Of a DNA stretch of 64,000 bases, positions 19,121-29,257 are shown piece by piece. Both the position numbers and the translations under genes were made by a program. The notes under the pieces are model-generated. The model saw only the letters and a program-made list of their open reading frames with translations. It made no database searches and was not told where the DNA came from. Position 1 is the first letter of the stretch; each line of letters begins with the position of its first letter. Source of the stretch: Candidatus Proelusimicrobium tauri (GTDB taxonomy: Bacteria; Elusimicrobiota; Elusimicrobia; Elusimicrobiales; Elusimicrobiaceae); NCBI GenBank assembly GCA_002311025.1, contig DBYY01000006.1:6112-70111 (forward strand), written 5' to 3'.

Positions 19121-19942
19121 TTATAAAAGTTGTTCTGCTAAATAATCGGTAATTCCTTTATTGACTGCGGGGGTATCTTGCGTGAAATTATGGTCAAAGC
19201 CGTGTAAAGTTTTAAGTATTGCATTTTGATAAATTTGGCTAAACTCTACGCCGTATTTATAAGGCACAAGTTGGTCATCTTGACTATGGACAATAAGAAC
19301 AGGGCCTTCATAATGGGAAGAAAGTGCGTAAATAGGAACAGTCGGAGTTGTTTCCAAAAAGGCACGGCCTACTTTTAAGCCATTAGATAAAGTGATATAT
19401 TCCGGCACATTTTTTGGATTATAGCGTACGCCGAATAAATCGCCTTTTGCGGTATCTTCCGGCAGTTCAGGCGCAGGCGACATTAGAACAATAGTTTTAA
19501 TTTTTTCTTCGCCAAGGCCGCCTGCAAGCATAGCCGCTACCACTGCACCCATAGAGTGCCCCGTAATAGAAATAGATTTAATACGCGGCAATTTCGCAGC
19601 ATACATATATACACGTCGCGCATCTTCAAGTTCATTTGGAATAGTCATATCCAAAAAAGAGCCTTCGCTTTGGCCGTGTCCGTTAAAATCAAAAAGTAAA
19701 GTAGCAATACCACGATTATTTAATTGTTCGGAAAGGTCTGTCATTAAAGACATTTCTTTATTTGCATTAAAACCGTGCATAATTATTACAAGCGGATAAG
19801 TTTTATTGTGTTTAGGCGTATTTAAAAGGGCAGATAATTTGCCATGGTCGCCTTGTATGGTAAATACTTTTTTTGTTTGCGTGTTTGCACAACCGACAAA
19901 AAATAAAAATACCGATATAAAAAGTAAAGTAAATTTTTTCAT
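19121..19942 (-). CDS. Alpha/beta hydrolase lipoprotein (esterase-like)
   Basis: Lipobox FFVGC, nucleophile elbow GHSMGA, and HGFDHNF. Confidence 0.75.
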   Translation of the reverse strand: MKKFTLLFISVFLFFVGCANTQTKKVFTIQGDHGKLSALLNTPKHNKTYPLVIIMHGFNANKEMSLMTDLSEQLNNRGIATLLFDFNGHGQSEGSFLDMTIPNELEDARRVYMYAAKLPRIKSISITGHSMGAVVAAMLAGGLGEEKIKTIVLMSPAPELPEDTAKGDLFGVRYNPKNVPEYITLSNGLKVGRAFLETTPTVPIYALSSHYEGPVLIVHSQDDQLVPYKYGVEFSQIYQNAILKTLHGFDHNFTQDTPAVNKGITDYLAEQLL

Positions 19943-19952
19943 ATTTAAGTTT

Positions 19953-21128
19953 TTATTTTATTGCGCCGGCTGGGCATACTAAATGACAAAGGCCACAACC
20001 TTCGCAACGCGTTTTATCTACCACGATATTGCCATCGTTTAATTGTAGGGCTTGGTATTCGGATTCCATACAAATACTAACACATTTGCCACAACGGCCG
20101 CATTTTGTGTGGTCTATTTGAGGATAGGCAAGCGGTGTTTTGGGCAAATCTTTATGAGCGGAAATAAAAGGTATTGCTCTATTTTTTAACTCGCCGATAT
20201 TATTAAACCCCTTTTCTTCAAGATAATTTTTCAAGCCTTTTAGCATAGGGCCAATAATCTTATAGCCGTTTAACATAATCTCGGTGCAGACCTGCACGGC
20301 ATCAGAACCGACAAGCATATATTGCACCGCATCTTGCCAAGTGGAAATACCGCCTTGTCCTAAAATAGGCAAAGCACTTGTTTGGCGCATTTGTGCCACA
20401 CAGCGTAGTCCAATCGGTCTAATCATCGTGCCAGAGCAGCCGCCAAAAGTTGTTTTACCGTTTACATTAAGAATAGGTTTTAAAGTTTCTAAATCAAAAC
20501 CCATAAAACCTTGTACGGTGTTAATTGCGGAAAGACCATCTGCCCCGAATTCTTCCACCGCACTTGTAATGCTTGCGATATTTGAAACATTTGGCGAAAG
20601 TTTAACAAAAACAGGTTTGTTTGAAACTTCCTTTACCCATTTTGTAATCTCAGCAGATATGTGGGCATCCGTGCCGATAGCCATACCGATACCCTTTTCC
20701 GGCATGCCGTGCGGGCAGGAAAAATTTAATTCAAAAGCATCGGCAGGAGTATTATTCAAAGTTTTAACAAGGTCTTGCCAAGCCGTTTTATTAACAGGAG
20801 CCATAATGCTTGCGATAATGACTTTAGTTGGGTATTTTTGTTTTAAAAAATTAATACCGTCGCACCAATATTTTATGGTTTTGTGGCTTAAAAGTTCTAT
20901 ATTTTGAAGGCCGATAATATTTTTTTTATCTTGTAAAACAGTATAACGCGGACTTGCTTCAATCATTTCAAGATCATCGGGAGTGATTGTCTTTAAAACA
21001 GCACCGCCCCAGCCCATTTCAAAAGCAATATCAATACTTTCAATTAAAGCCGTCGGTGGTGCAGAAGCAAGCAAAAATGGATTTTCAAAATTTATTCCTA
21101 AAATTTTAGTTTGTAAAGTTGCAGACAT
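19953..21128 (-). CDS. DHOD/DHPD-family flavoprotein with C-terminal 2x[4Fe-4S] ferredoxin domain (PreA-like)
   Basis: TIM-barrel DHOD pattern (NFSCPH…GGIST) plus CGRCGKCVSIC and CEGCGLCHLVCP. Confidence 0.75.
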   Translation of the reverse strand: MSATLQTKILGINFENPFLLASAPPTALIESIDIAFEMGWGGAVLKTITPDDLEMIEASPRYTVLQDKKNIIGLQNIELLSHKTIKYWCDGINFLKQKYPTKVIIASIMAPVNKTAWQDLVKTLNNTPADAFELNFSCPHGMPEKGIGMAIGTDAHISAEITKWVKEVSNKPVFVKLSPNVSNIASITSAVEEFGADGLSAINTVQGFMGFDLETLKPILNVNGKTTFGGCSGTMIRPIGLRCVAQMRQTSALPILGQGGISTWQDAVQYMLVGSDAVQVCTEIMLNGYKIIGPMLKGLKNYLEEKGFNNIGELKNRAIPFISAHKDLPKTPLAYPQIDHTKCGRCGKCVSICMESEYQALQLNDGNIVVDKTRCEGCGLCHLVCPAGAIK

Positions 21129-21240
21129 AAAAAACCTCTCTTTAAAACTTAATTATAGCAATTTTAAATTGCGCATTAGCATAAAATATTGCAAAATATA
21201 TTTTGTGTTTTAGTTGCTTTTTTAAGTAGGAGTAGATAAT

Positions 21241-21918
21241 ATGAAAAAATTTTTAGTTTTGTTTGTAATAATCGCAAGTTTTATTGCGCCGGCTTTTGCA
21301 GATAAAATTTCAACAGATAAATCTGACTTTGCCGAAATCAGCACCGTTATAGATGATGCCGCTTTTGATATACGCTATTATTCGTCAAATAATTTTACGG
21401 GAAATAAAATAGACGGCTACAAAGCACCTCGCGCTTATATGACCAAAAAGGCCCTTGCTGCCCTTAAAATTGCGGCTGATGATTTAAGAGCACAGGGCTA
21501 CCGCTTGCTTATTTGGGATTCTTACCGCCCGCAAAAAGCCGTTGATAATTTTGTTAAATGGATAAATGACCCCAGTGACCCCGGCGATAAAAGTTTTTAC
21601 CCCAAACTTGAAAAAGATGATTTAATTGCAGGGGTTTATATTATGCCGAAATCAGGCCACACACGCGGCAGCACTATTGATTTAACTATTATTACAAAAG
21701 ACGGCGGTTTTGTTGATATGGGCGGAACATTTGATTTATTTTCGGAAGTTTCCCACCCCGATTATAAAAAACTTACCAAAAAGCAAAAAAAGAATAGAAA
21801 AATTTTAAGAGATGCTATGGTAAAAGCAGGTTTTAACCCACTTGATTCTGAGTGGTGGCACTTTACCTTAAAGGATGAGCCATACACAGATACTTATTTT
21901 AACTTTGATGTTGAATAA
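21241..21918 (+). CDS. Secreted M15 D-Ala-D-Ala dipeptidase (VanX/DdpX-like)
   Basis: Signal peptide, then WDSYRP, SGHTRGSTIDLT and EWWHF. Confidence 0.8.
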   Translation: MKKFLVLFVIIASFIAPAFADKISTDKSDFAEISTVIDDAAFDIRYYSSNNFTGNKIDGYKAPRAYMTKKALAALKIAADDLRAQGYRLLIWDSYRPQKAVDNFVKWINDPSDPGDKSFYPKLEKDDLIAGVYIMPKSGHTRGSTIDLTIITKDGGFVDMGGTFDLFSEVSHPDYKKLTKKQKKNRKILRDAMVKAGFNPLDSEWWHFTLKDEPYTDTYFNFDVE

Positions 21919-21926
21919 GAGATAAA

Positions 21927-23171
21927 TTACAAATTTTTAATGGCCCAATTTTTGGGGTATAAGTTATTTGCTCTATCGCCAAGATTTTTCATAAAACCAA
22001 GAGGGGTATTTTTATAGCACACAATAACAAAACCTTTTGGCGTATCGGCGGGTAAAGCAAAACTTTCGCGGTGCAAGAATCGGCGCGTTTGTTCTAAAGT
22101 TAAATCAATTTGCGGATATTTTTCTTTGGGAAAGTTCAAAGAAAGAGCCTGCGCGGCAGTGGGTATTTGTTCTTTGCCTTTTTGCTCCGGTAACGGATTT
22201 CCGTCATAAAGTAAATGTATAAGTTTGTTTTGTTGTGCGTGGCGGCGCGCCGTTTGCGGTAACATTGCCGGCTTTGAAGACGTACCTTTTTTACGCAAAA
22301 CTGTCATAAAAAGCCCTTCGCTTTTCGTCGTTCCGGGTATAAAACGGTAAACCGGCTCTTGCCAATCTTTAAGTAAAGAACCTTGAATTTGCCATTCGGG
22401 TTTTACTAAAACAGGCAAAATTTCCGCGCCGAGTTCTTCGACTATAAATTTAACATTTTCCTCATTTTCACGGGTGTTAAAAGTGCAAGTGCTGTAAATT
22501 AAAAATCCGCCTTCTTTAAGGCATGGCCAAATATCGCTTAAAATCTGACGTTGGCGTTTTTGGCAAAAAAGGACACTATTTAAACTCCACTCTTTTATGG
22601 CCTCATTATCTTTTCTAAAAAGCCCTTCGCCCGAGCAAGGAGCGTCCACTAAAATTAAATCAAAATACCAATTTGTTTTATTAAAATCTATGGGATAATT
22701 ATGTGTTACCAAAACTTCGCTATGGCCTTGTTTTTGTATATTTTCAAGCAAGATATTTGCACGCCTTCTATCCACTTCATTACTAACAAGCAAGGAATCT
22801 TGCGGCAAAGCAGCACGCATTAAAGTTGATTTACCGCCAGGGGCGGCACATAAATCTAAAGCAAGAATAGGTTCTTTTACATATTGACGCAAAACTTGGT
22901 CTAAGAACATTGAGCCTGCTTCCTGCACATAATAAGCACCGGCGTGTAAAAGCGGATCTTTTGTAAAATTAGGCCTTTCCTTAAGCCAAAAACCATTTTT
23001 ACACCAAGGCACAGGTTGGGCATTTTTAAAAATAGGTTCAGCAGGCAACTTCCACGGATTTAGGCGGATACTTGTTAGAGTTTCCTCTTCAAAAGCCGAT
23101 AAAAAACCTTGCCACATTTCTGCGCCAAATAAAGCGGAAGTATAATCTATAAATTCTTTAGGTAAATTCAT
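21927..23171 (-). CDS. rRNA (cytosine-C5) methyltransferase, RsmB/RsmF (NOL1/NOP2/Sun) family
   Basis: DLCAAPGGKST, DAPCSGEG and YSTCT. Confidence 0.8.
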   Translation of the reverse strand: MNLPKEFIDYTSALFGAEMWQGFLSAFEEETLTSIRLNPWKLPAEPIFKNAQPVPWCKNGFWLKERPNFTKDPLLHAGAYYVQEAGSMFLDQVLRQYVKEPILALDLCAAPGGKSTLMRAALPQDSLLVSNEVDRRRANILLENIQKQGHSEVLVTHNYPIDFNKTNWYFDLILVDAPCSGEGLFRKDNEAIKEWSLNSVLFCQKRQRQILSDIWPCLKEGGFLIYSTCTFNTRENEENVKFIVEELGAEILPVLVKPEWQIQGSLLKDWQEPVYRFIPGTTKSEGLFMTVLRKKGTSSKPAMLPQTARRHAQQNKLIHLLYDGNPLPEQKGKEQIPTAAQALSLNFPKEKYPQIDLTLEQTRRFLHRESFALPADTPKGFVIVCYKNTPLGFMKNLGDRANNLYPKNWAIKNL

Positions 23172-23195
23172 AAATATTTTTTAGTTGATTGATGA

Positions 23196-25007
23196 CTAAC
23201 GGCCACCACCGCCACCACCACCGCCGCCGCCACCGCTGCAGCCACCACCGCCGCTACCGCTACCGGAAGGCATAGAAGAACCGACACCGCTTGCCAGTGC
23301 CCCTGAAACAGCAGTAATACCACCGGCACAAGCAACACATTTATCTATAGTTGCTTGAGATAAAGTGTTAGTAAATTTCTTAATCCATTGGTTTTCTAAA
23401 CCCATAGCAAAAGCATAGGGTAAATATTCGCAGAAAATTCTTTCCTCATCCATAGGATTAGAAACAGCAAAGCGGTTAACTTCGGCTGTTTCAATATATT
23501 TTTTAAAACCATTTAATTTCTCAAAGAATTCTCTACCCAAAGGAGTCACATTAGGAATTAACTGCATGTAATACCCTAAGCCCCACAGGGATGCGATATA
23601 AAATACTAAGCATAAAAAGGCACTTGGAGAGTTTATCATCTGCGACCAAAATAGACTATAAAAACCGATAATGCAAATTCTGATAAGTATTTTAAATAAC
23701 GGATTCTTAGCAACAAATGGAAATATTACAAAAAACGCCGAAAAATGCAGATTGATAAAAATTGCCGACGGAGAAGTAAAAATAAACGGCACTATACCCA
23801 ACAAAGCCACAATTATAACAGCTTTTACAATATAACTGCCGTTTCCTACTATATAAGTTTTGCTTTCTTCTGTAAAAGATTTGTTTAATTGTTTTATAAT
23901 TGCGTTAAGCATAACTCCGGTGGTAAAATCTAGCACACATACATCCCCACCGGAAAAGACAAATAATTTATTAAGGACCATTTTTTCTTCTTGGGACAAA
24001 TTTTCGTCGGCGGTTTTTTTACGCAACATACTAATTTGAACAGATCCAAAAGTTCTTTTTTCTGTCTGTATTTCAATATAACCTTTCATAGCCAAATCCA
24101 AAAGTATGCAGGCTATAAATTTGGAATCTGCCATTTTGTTATATAAAAAATAAGTAAAAGCAGGCGAAATGCCTTGCGGCGGTTCATAACGCACAACATT
24201 TGAATAAACAGGGTCGCGCCCGACTTTGAGCCAAGAACATACAGCATATATTATAAGAAAAATAAATAATGCAAAAGAAAATAATACTGAAAAAGAAAAA
24301 CTATCTTTAAGGCGCGTAAGAAAAGGCGGCTGCTCTACTGCACCTTTATCAAAGGGAACAGCTATTGTAAAACCTTCCCTATAAGAAAGCGGGTGGGTTG
24401 TTTCAAAAGTTAAATTGCCGACTTGGCGGGCATTAGATTCTTTAGCGCCTTTGCGGCCTGTATATAAAGAAATATTTTCCGATTGCACGCGAGCATTTGC
24501 CGGCAAATTGACCTGGGCGCGCGCCTTATCTATAACAAAATTCCAATCATTACCTGTTATATTCCAATATAATTCGTCATAATTTTTAAAAAATTTTATT
24601 GCATTTTTATAGGTATAATTAAAGGAATAAGTATGACGGCCCTGCGGTATATAGTTATTATTACCAAAGTTAATACGCAAATTGCGCCCCTTATTTTCAG
24701 TAAAAAAAGGATGTGTTTGCCCGTCCATAGTTAAAGAAATAGAACCTAACTGATTGCCAAACGAAACAGGTATATCACGATAGATACCGCGCCTAATTTG
24801 TTGATGTTTGGCATTAAGAGTGATACTTTCTGTAATATTTATTGAGCCATCTGTTTGGACATTTATTTTTACATCAAATAAATAAATCTTTTCCGGATCA
24901 TGCGCGGGATTACGATAGTTGGGATCAAAAGGATCATCCCAGGCAAAAGCAACACAGGCAATAAGGACAAAAAAACAACTTGCTATTAAGTTAAATATTT
25001 TTCTCAT
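23196..25007 (-). CDS. DUF2207-family membrane protein with poly-Gly C-tail
   Basis: Signal/TM segment, an extracytoplasmic domain of about 230 aa, KVGRDP…ISPAFTYFLYN…, a multi-TM block, [10 protein letters not shown], and the tail GSGSGGGGCSGGGGGGGGGGGR. Confidence 0.75.
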   Translation of the reverse strand: MRKIFNLIASCFFVLIACVAFAWDDPFDPNYRNPAHDPEKIYLFDVKINVQTDGSINITESITLNAKHQQIRRGIYRDIPVSFGNQLGSISLTMDGQTHPFFTENKGRNLRINFGNNNYIPQGRHTYSFNYTYKNAIKFFKNYDELYWNITGNDWNFVIDKARAQVNLPANARVQSENISLYTGRKGAKESNARQVGNLTFETTHPLSYREGFTIAVPFDKGAVEQPPFLTRLKDSFSFSVLFSFALFIFLIIYAVCSWLKVGRDPVYSNVVRYEPPQGISPAFTYFLYNKMADSKFIACILLDLAMKGYIEIQTEKRTFGSVQISMLRKKTADENLSQEEKMVLNKLFVFSGGDVCVLDFTTGVMLNAIIKQLNKSFTEESKTYIVGNGSYIVKAVIIVALLGIVPFIFTSPSAIFINLHFSAFFVIFPFVAKNPLFKILIRICIIGFYSLFWSQMINSPSAFLCLVFYIASLWGLGYYMQLIPNVTPLGREFFEKLNGFKKYIETAEVNRFAVSNPMDEERIFCEYLPYAFAMGLENQWIKKFTNTLSQATIDKCVACAGGITAVSGALASGVGSSMPSGSGSGGGGCSGGGGGGGGGGGR

Positions 25008-25076
25008 ATTTAAGATTATATAAAAAATAAACTGATATAATAAAAATATCAGAATTCTTTAAAAACCTAAAAAATT

Positions 25077-25675
25077 ATGAAAAAAACTATATTATACATT
25101 CACGGAAAAGGCGGCAGTGCCAAAGAAGCAAACCATTATCAAATGCTTTTGCCAGATTATCATATAATAGGACTAGATTATAAAACTAATACCCCTTGGG
25201 AAACTAAAGAAGAATTTTTAAATTTATATAAGGAACTTACCGAAAAATATAAAAGTATAAGTATTATTGCAAATAGTATCGGCGCCTATTTTGCCATGAA
25301 CGCTTTTGCCGGCGCACAAATTGAGCAGGCCTTTTTTATTTCGCCCATAGTTGATATGGAAAAACTTATAAAAAATATGATGCTTTGGGCAAATATCACA
25401 GAACAAGAATTAGAAGAAAAAAAGAAATTAAAACAAGTTTTGGGGAAGTTTTATCTTGGCAATATTTTTGTTATATCCGCAAAAACCCTATTATATGGAA
25501 AAAGCCCACACATATTTTATACGGAGAGAAAGATAATTTAACTGATACAGAAACAATTTCCTCCTTTGCCGCACAAACTAAAGCCACCCTTACCGTAATG
25601 CCAAACGGCGAACATTGGTTTCACACCGCTGAGCAAATGGCTTTTTTGGACTCTTGGCTAAAGCGATATTCATAA
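25077..25675 (+). pseudogene. Alpha/beta hydrolase split by a frameshift in an A7 run (25417-25423)
   Basis: ORF 25077..25541 carries HGKGG and the nucleophile ANSIGA. ORF 25385..25675 (frame +2) carries GEKDNL and GEHWF. Changing A7 to A8 joins them: …EQELEEKKEIKTSFGEVLSW…. Confidence 0.8.
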
Positions 25676-25702
25676 TGTTTTAATTTTTGCTACAATTTTT
25701 TT

Positions 25703-27484
25703 ATGAAAAATATTATTTCTTTAATGAGTAAAAAAGTTCTCTATGTGATTGTTTTTATTCTTTGTTTTTTTCTTTTACTGGTAAGTTTGGTTGTTCTTTG
25801 TACTGTTATTGTGAGTATTTATTCAGTTGAAGCAAGTTCCAATACTCATGGAATAGTTCTTAAACTTTCTCTATCCTTATTTATAATCTTAGTTGTTTAT
25901 ACTCTTGGCACTTGGCTTAAAATAGGGCGTGATCCTTATTATTTAGCCATACCGCAAACAAATCCACCGAAAAATGTTTCGCCCGCATTTGCTTACTATC
26001 TGTATAATGAAATGGCAGATGCTAAATTGCTATCCTGTATAATTTTGGATTTGGTTATGAAAGGATATATCGAAATTGAAACAGAAGGAAAAGGCCTTTT
26101 TACAAAAGTCGTTTTAACGCGTAAAAAACGTGCCGGAGGAGATGCTCTTAAAGATTATTTACCGCCGGAAGAAGAACTGTTGATTGAAAGATTATTTGAT
26201 TATTCTGGTTCTTGCGTTTTAGATAGATCTGATGCCAATTTAAGTATACGCTTTGAAGATATAAGAAACCTTATAGAAAATCGCTTTATAATAAGAAGAA
26301 ACCCATATGTTATCGGTAATCAAAGATATACTATTATTGCTATTATACTTGTTTTGGCGTTGGGGATATTACCATCTCTTTTTTATGCAACGCCGCTAAT
26401 TACTTTTGTAAATATCTGTTTTGTGTTGTCTTTCGTGATAATTACTGGCATGGTTCATAATCCCTATAAAAAAGTAATTGCAATTATAGTTAACACAATT
26501 GTGTTTTTTGGGTTTTTTACTTTTTTCGGTTTGTTTAGAGGATTTCATTATGAGGGGTTTTCCGTTACGCAATTATTGTTGCTTATCGGGCTTTTGATAG
26601 TTTCTTTTTATACTTCACTTATTCGCAATGTAACGCCTGAAGGTAAAAAACTTTTTGAAGAGTTAAACGGCTTTAGAAAATATCTCCGAACAGCGGAGAT
26701 TTATCGTATTTATGCTTCTAATCCGACAGAGGCTGAAAGAGTTTTCTGCGAATATTTGCCCTATGCTTTTGCTATGGAGTTACATAACCCGTGGATTGCA
26801 AAATTTTCAAGTAATGTATCTAGGGCAGCCATAAACCAAGTTATAGCAAGTATGGGCAGTATGTATGTCGTTTCCCATACCTTAACCGATATTATTTATT
26901 CTTACCTAAACAATAGGCATCTTAACGGTTTTAGCAGTGAAGATAATGTCAGTAAAAAACGCTTTACAAAACGATTGGACAATGTTGATATGCTTAAAGT
27001 TATTCAATATGATATAACCAAAATGGAAGTTGACGTAATAGTAAATGCCGCAAATAAAACTTTGCTTGGCGGTGGCGGAGTTGACGGCGCAATACACCGT
27101 GCCGCCGGAGCGAGACTACTAGAAGAGTGTCGCAAACTCGGGGGTTGTAAAACCGGCGAAGCCAAAATAACTTCCGGCTATAATTTGCCTTGTAAGTATG
27201 TGATTCACACCGTTGGTCCTGTTTGGCATGGAGGGAATAATGGTGAGGCTCTTGCTTTAAAAAACTGCTATATTAACTCGCTACAACTTGCCGAGAAATA
27301 TGTTTGTAAGAGTATTGCTTTTCCTTGTATTTCAACGGGGGTTTATCACTTCCCAAAAGAGCAAGCCGCAAAAATAGCCGTAAGTGCAGTTAAAGAATTT
27401 TTACCTAATCTAAAAGAACTTAAAGAAATTATTTTTGTCTGCTTTTCCGCCGAAGATAAGGCCTTGTATGATAGTTTAATCTAA
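25703..27484 (+). CDS. DUF2207-type membrane module fused to a C-terminal macro domain
   Basis: Residues ~70-430 are paralogous to 23196..25007 (KIGRDP…[15 protein letters not shown]…[10 protein letters not shown]). The C-terminus is [23 protein letters not shown]…VIHTVGP…ISTGVYHFP, a MacroD/YmdB-like pattern. Confidence 0.8.
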   Translation: MKNIISLMSKKVLYVIVFILCFFLLLVSLVVLCTVIVSIYSVEASSNTHGIVLKLSLSLFIILVVYTLGTWLKIGRDPYYLAIPQTNPPKNVSPAFAYYLYNEMADAKLLSCIILDLVMKGYIEIETEGKGLFTKVVLTRKKRAGGDALKDYLPPEEELLIERLFDYSGSCVLDRSDANLSIRFEDIRNLIENRFIIRRNPYVIGNQRYTIIAIILVLALGILPSLFYATPLITFVNICFVLSFVIITGMVHNPYKKVIAIIVNTIVFFGFFTFFGLFRGFHYEGFSVTQLLLLIGLLIVSFYTSLIRNVTPEGKKLFEELNGFRKYLRTAEIYRIYASNPTEAERVFCEYLPYAFAMELHNPWIAKFSSNVSRAAINQVIASMGSMYVVSHTLTDIIYSYLNNRHLNGFSSEDNVSKKRFTKRLDNVDMLKVIQYDITKMEVDVIVNAANKTLLGGGGVDGAIHRAAGARLLEECRKLGGCKTGEAKITSGYNLPCKYVIHTVGPVWHGGNNGEALALKNCYINSLQLAEKYVCKSIAFPCISTGVYHFPKEQAAKIAVSAVKEFLPNLKELKEIIFVCFSAEDKALYDSLI

Positions 27485-27588
27485 AAATATAAATATTTAA
27501 AATATTAAACTGCTCTATAAATAGGGTAGTTTTTTGTTTGGCATATAAATAATTTATTTTTTGTAGTTAAAAATAATATAATATAGTT

Positions 27589-28890
27589 ATGAAAAAATTT
27601 TTTCTACTTCTTATATTTGTCTTTCTTTATAATGTTTTATATGCCACACAAATTCATAAAATAACGGTAGAAACAACGGCTCTGCCGGAGCATTTTGTAA
27701 AGGATCGTTTTACTCTAAAAGAAGGCGATTTTTTTTCGCTTCAAAAATACGAACAGGCAAAACGAAACTTGGAAAATACAAAATTATTTAAGTCTTTAGA
27801 TATTTTATACAAAGAAGGTAAAGAAGGTGTAGATATTCATATAAAAGCGGAAGGACATACTTATATTTTGCCCGTTTTATTCGGTTTAAGCGTGGATAGA
27901 CATTCTGTCGGTGTTTCTTTAACTGTAAAAAATTTAGCAAAAAAGGGGGAAAGTTTTTATTCTTATTTTGGCTATGGGCGGGATGGCTTTGATACGAAAA
28001 ATGAAATAAATTTCGGTAGAAATTCTTTTGATATATATTATACTCATTTGGACTTTACCCAACATTTTTACAAAAACGGATGGTATAGCCGTAAAGGTGT
28101 TTTTCTTGTTGCTGATAAAAAAGATAAATATACTGATTTTTTGTTTAATAAAGTCAAAGGTATACAAGATAATTTTTTTATTTCTTACACTTACCAATTT
28201 TCAAGTATATGGAGTTTTTTTATTACGCCGGAATATGAATATTATCTTTATCAAAATAGGGCGTTGGATAGCGGCAATCACTCTCGCTTAACTTTTGGTT
28301 TACGCTACGGAGATCATATCAATGCCGGTATGAGTCTGCGCGGTTTAAATAAGATAGGGCATATAGAAAAAAAAGATATATTAAAAAATTTATCTTATCT
28401 TCAGCAGGGAAAACTGCTAGAAATTTCTTACATGGCGGGTGGTAAATGGAGCGCGAGTGATTATAATATTTCAAAACTTGCCGTTGAAGGCAGTTATCTT
28501 TGGGAGTTTAAGAGACATAATACTATTGCTTTATTTAGCAAATTTCAAAAGGCCTTTTGCGCGCCTTTCAGTAATTTGGTAGGTTCTTCCGATTTGCTGT
28601 TTGATATAGGTATTTACGATAGAGAGCAACGTGGCAAAGAAGGTCTTTCCGCCGGTTTGGAATTAACTTTCTTCCTTTTGCGTAATGAAACAGGCATAAT
28701 TCTTCTTTCTCCGTTTTATGAACAGGCCTATATTACTTCCGGCGGAAGTTCCTATAAATCGCACAGCGGAATCGGCGCAACGTTTGCTTTGCGTTTATGG
28801 AATATTCCTTTACCTATGAGTCTCAATTTTACGCATAATTTAAGTGATTCAAGTCAGCATCTCGGTTTTAAAATTGAAGGACATTTTTAA
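27589..28890 (+). CDS. Omp85-superfamily beta-barrel with one POTRA-like domain
   Basis: Signal peptide, a POTRA-like segment (IHKITVE…FTLKEGDFFSLQKYEQAKRNLENTKLFKSLDI), and a barrel ending …FKIEGHF. Confidence 0.65.
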   Translation: MKKFFLLLIFVFLYNVLYATQIHKITVETTALPEHFVKDRFTLKEGDFFSLQKYEQAKRNLENTKLFKSLDILYKEGKEGVDIHIKAEGHTYILPVLFGLSVDRHSVGVSLTVKNLAKKGESFYSYFGYGRDGFDTKNEINFGRNSFDIYYTHLDFTQHFYKNGWYSRKGVFLVADKKDKYTDFLFNKVKGIQDNFFISYTYQFSSIWSFFITPEYEYYLYQNRALDSGNHSRLTFGLRYGDHINAGMSLRGLNKIGHIEKKDILKNLSYLQQGKLLEISYMAGGKWSASDYNISKLAVEGSYLWEFKRHNTIALFSKFQKAFCAPFSNLVGSSDLLFDIGIYDREQRGKEGLSAGLELTFFLLRNETGIILLSPFYEQAYITSGGSSYKSHSGIGATFALRLWNIPLPMSLNFTHNLSDSSQHLGFKIEGHF

Positions 28891-28898
28891 TTTTTATA

Positions 28899-28928
28899 GC
28901 CAATAAAAAATGCCCAGTACAGGATTTG
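28899..28928. repeat. 30-bp direct repeat, copy 1 (duplicate of tRNA-Val 3' end + flank)
   Basis: gccaataaaaaatgcccagtacaggatttg is identical to 29083..29112. Confidence 0.9.
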
Positions 28929-29082
28929 GTCACAAGTCGCCTTACTGACGTGCGGCGCTTGCGACCCCGCCTCGCGATACTCGCCTTTCACTTCGTTCAA
29001 ACTCGTATAACGCTCCGGCTTTCAAATTCTGCCACGCATAAAGCAGTTTATGCGTTACTGTTCATTTTTTATTGGTAAAAAT

Positions 29083-29112
29083 GCCAATAAAAAATGCCCA
29101 GTACAGGATTTG
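29083..29112. repeat. 30-bp direct repeat, copy 2 (overlaps 3' 18 nt of tRNA-Val)
   Basis: Identical to 28899..28928, with 184-bp spacing. Confidence 0.9.
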
Positions 29113-29166
29113 AACCTGTGACCTTTCCCATGTCAAGGGAACGCGCTACCACTGCGCCAACTGGGC
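29095..29166 (-). tRNA. tRNA-Val (anticodon GAC)
   Basis: The reverse complement is GCCCAGTTGGCGCAGTGGTAGCGCGTTCCCTTGACATGGGAAAGGTCACAGGTTCAAATCCTGTACTGGGCA. CCA is not encoded. Confidence 0.9.
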
Positions 29167-29257
29167 TTAAAACTATAAATTTATTATAGCATATTTACAC
29201 TGGTAAGTAAATTTTTTATTAAACTTATTTTACTTTCTGTGTTTGTAGGCGACTTTT

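Noticed and set aside
20284-20907. 207-aa plus-strand ORF antisense to the PreA-like gene. Similar antisense ORFs occur at 47859-48455, 34010-34273, 17895-18251 and 36105-36404.
   Set aside because: Each lies entirely inside a well-supported gene on the opposite strand, and none has a recognisable domain. They are typical antisense shadows.
23199-23275. GGN/GCC-rich simple-sequence tract (ccaccaccgccaccacc…).
   Set aside because: It is the reverse complement of the in-frame poly-Gly tail typical of DUF2207 proteins. It is not a CRISPR repeat, a telomere-like repeat or a non-coding microsatellite. In-frame slippage is possible but not evidenced.
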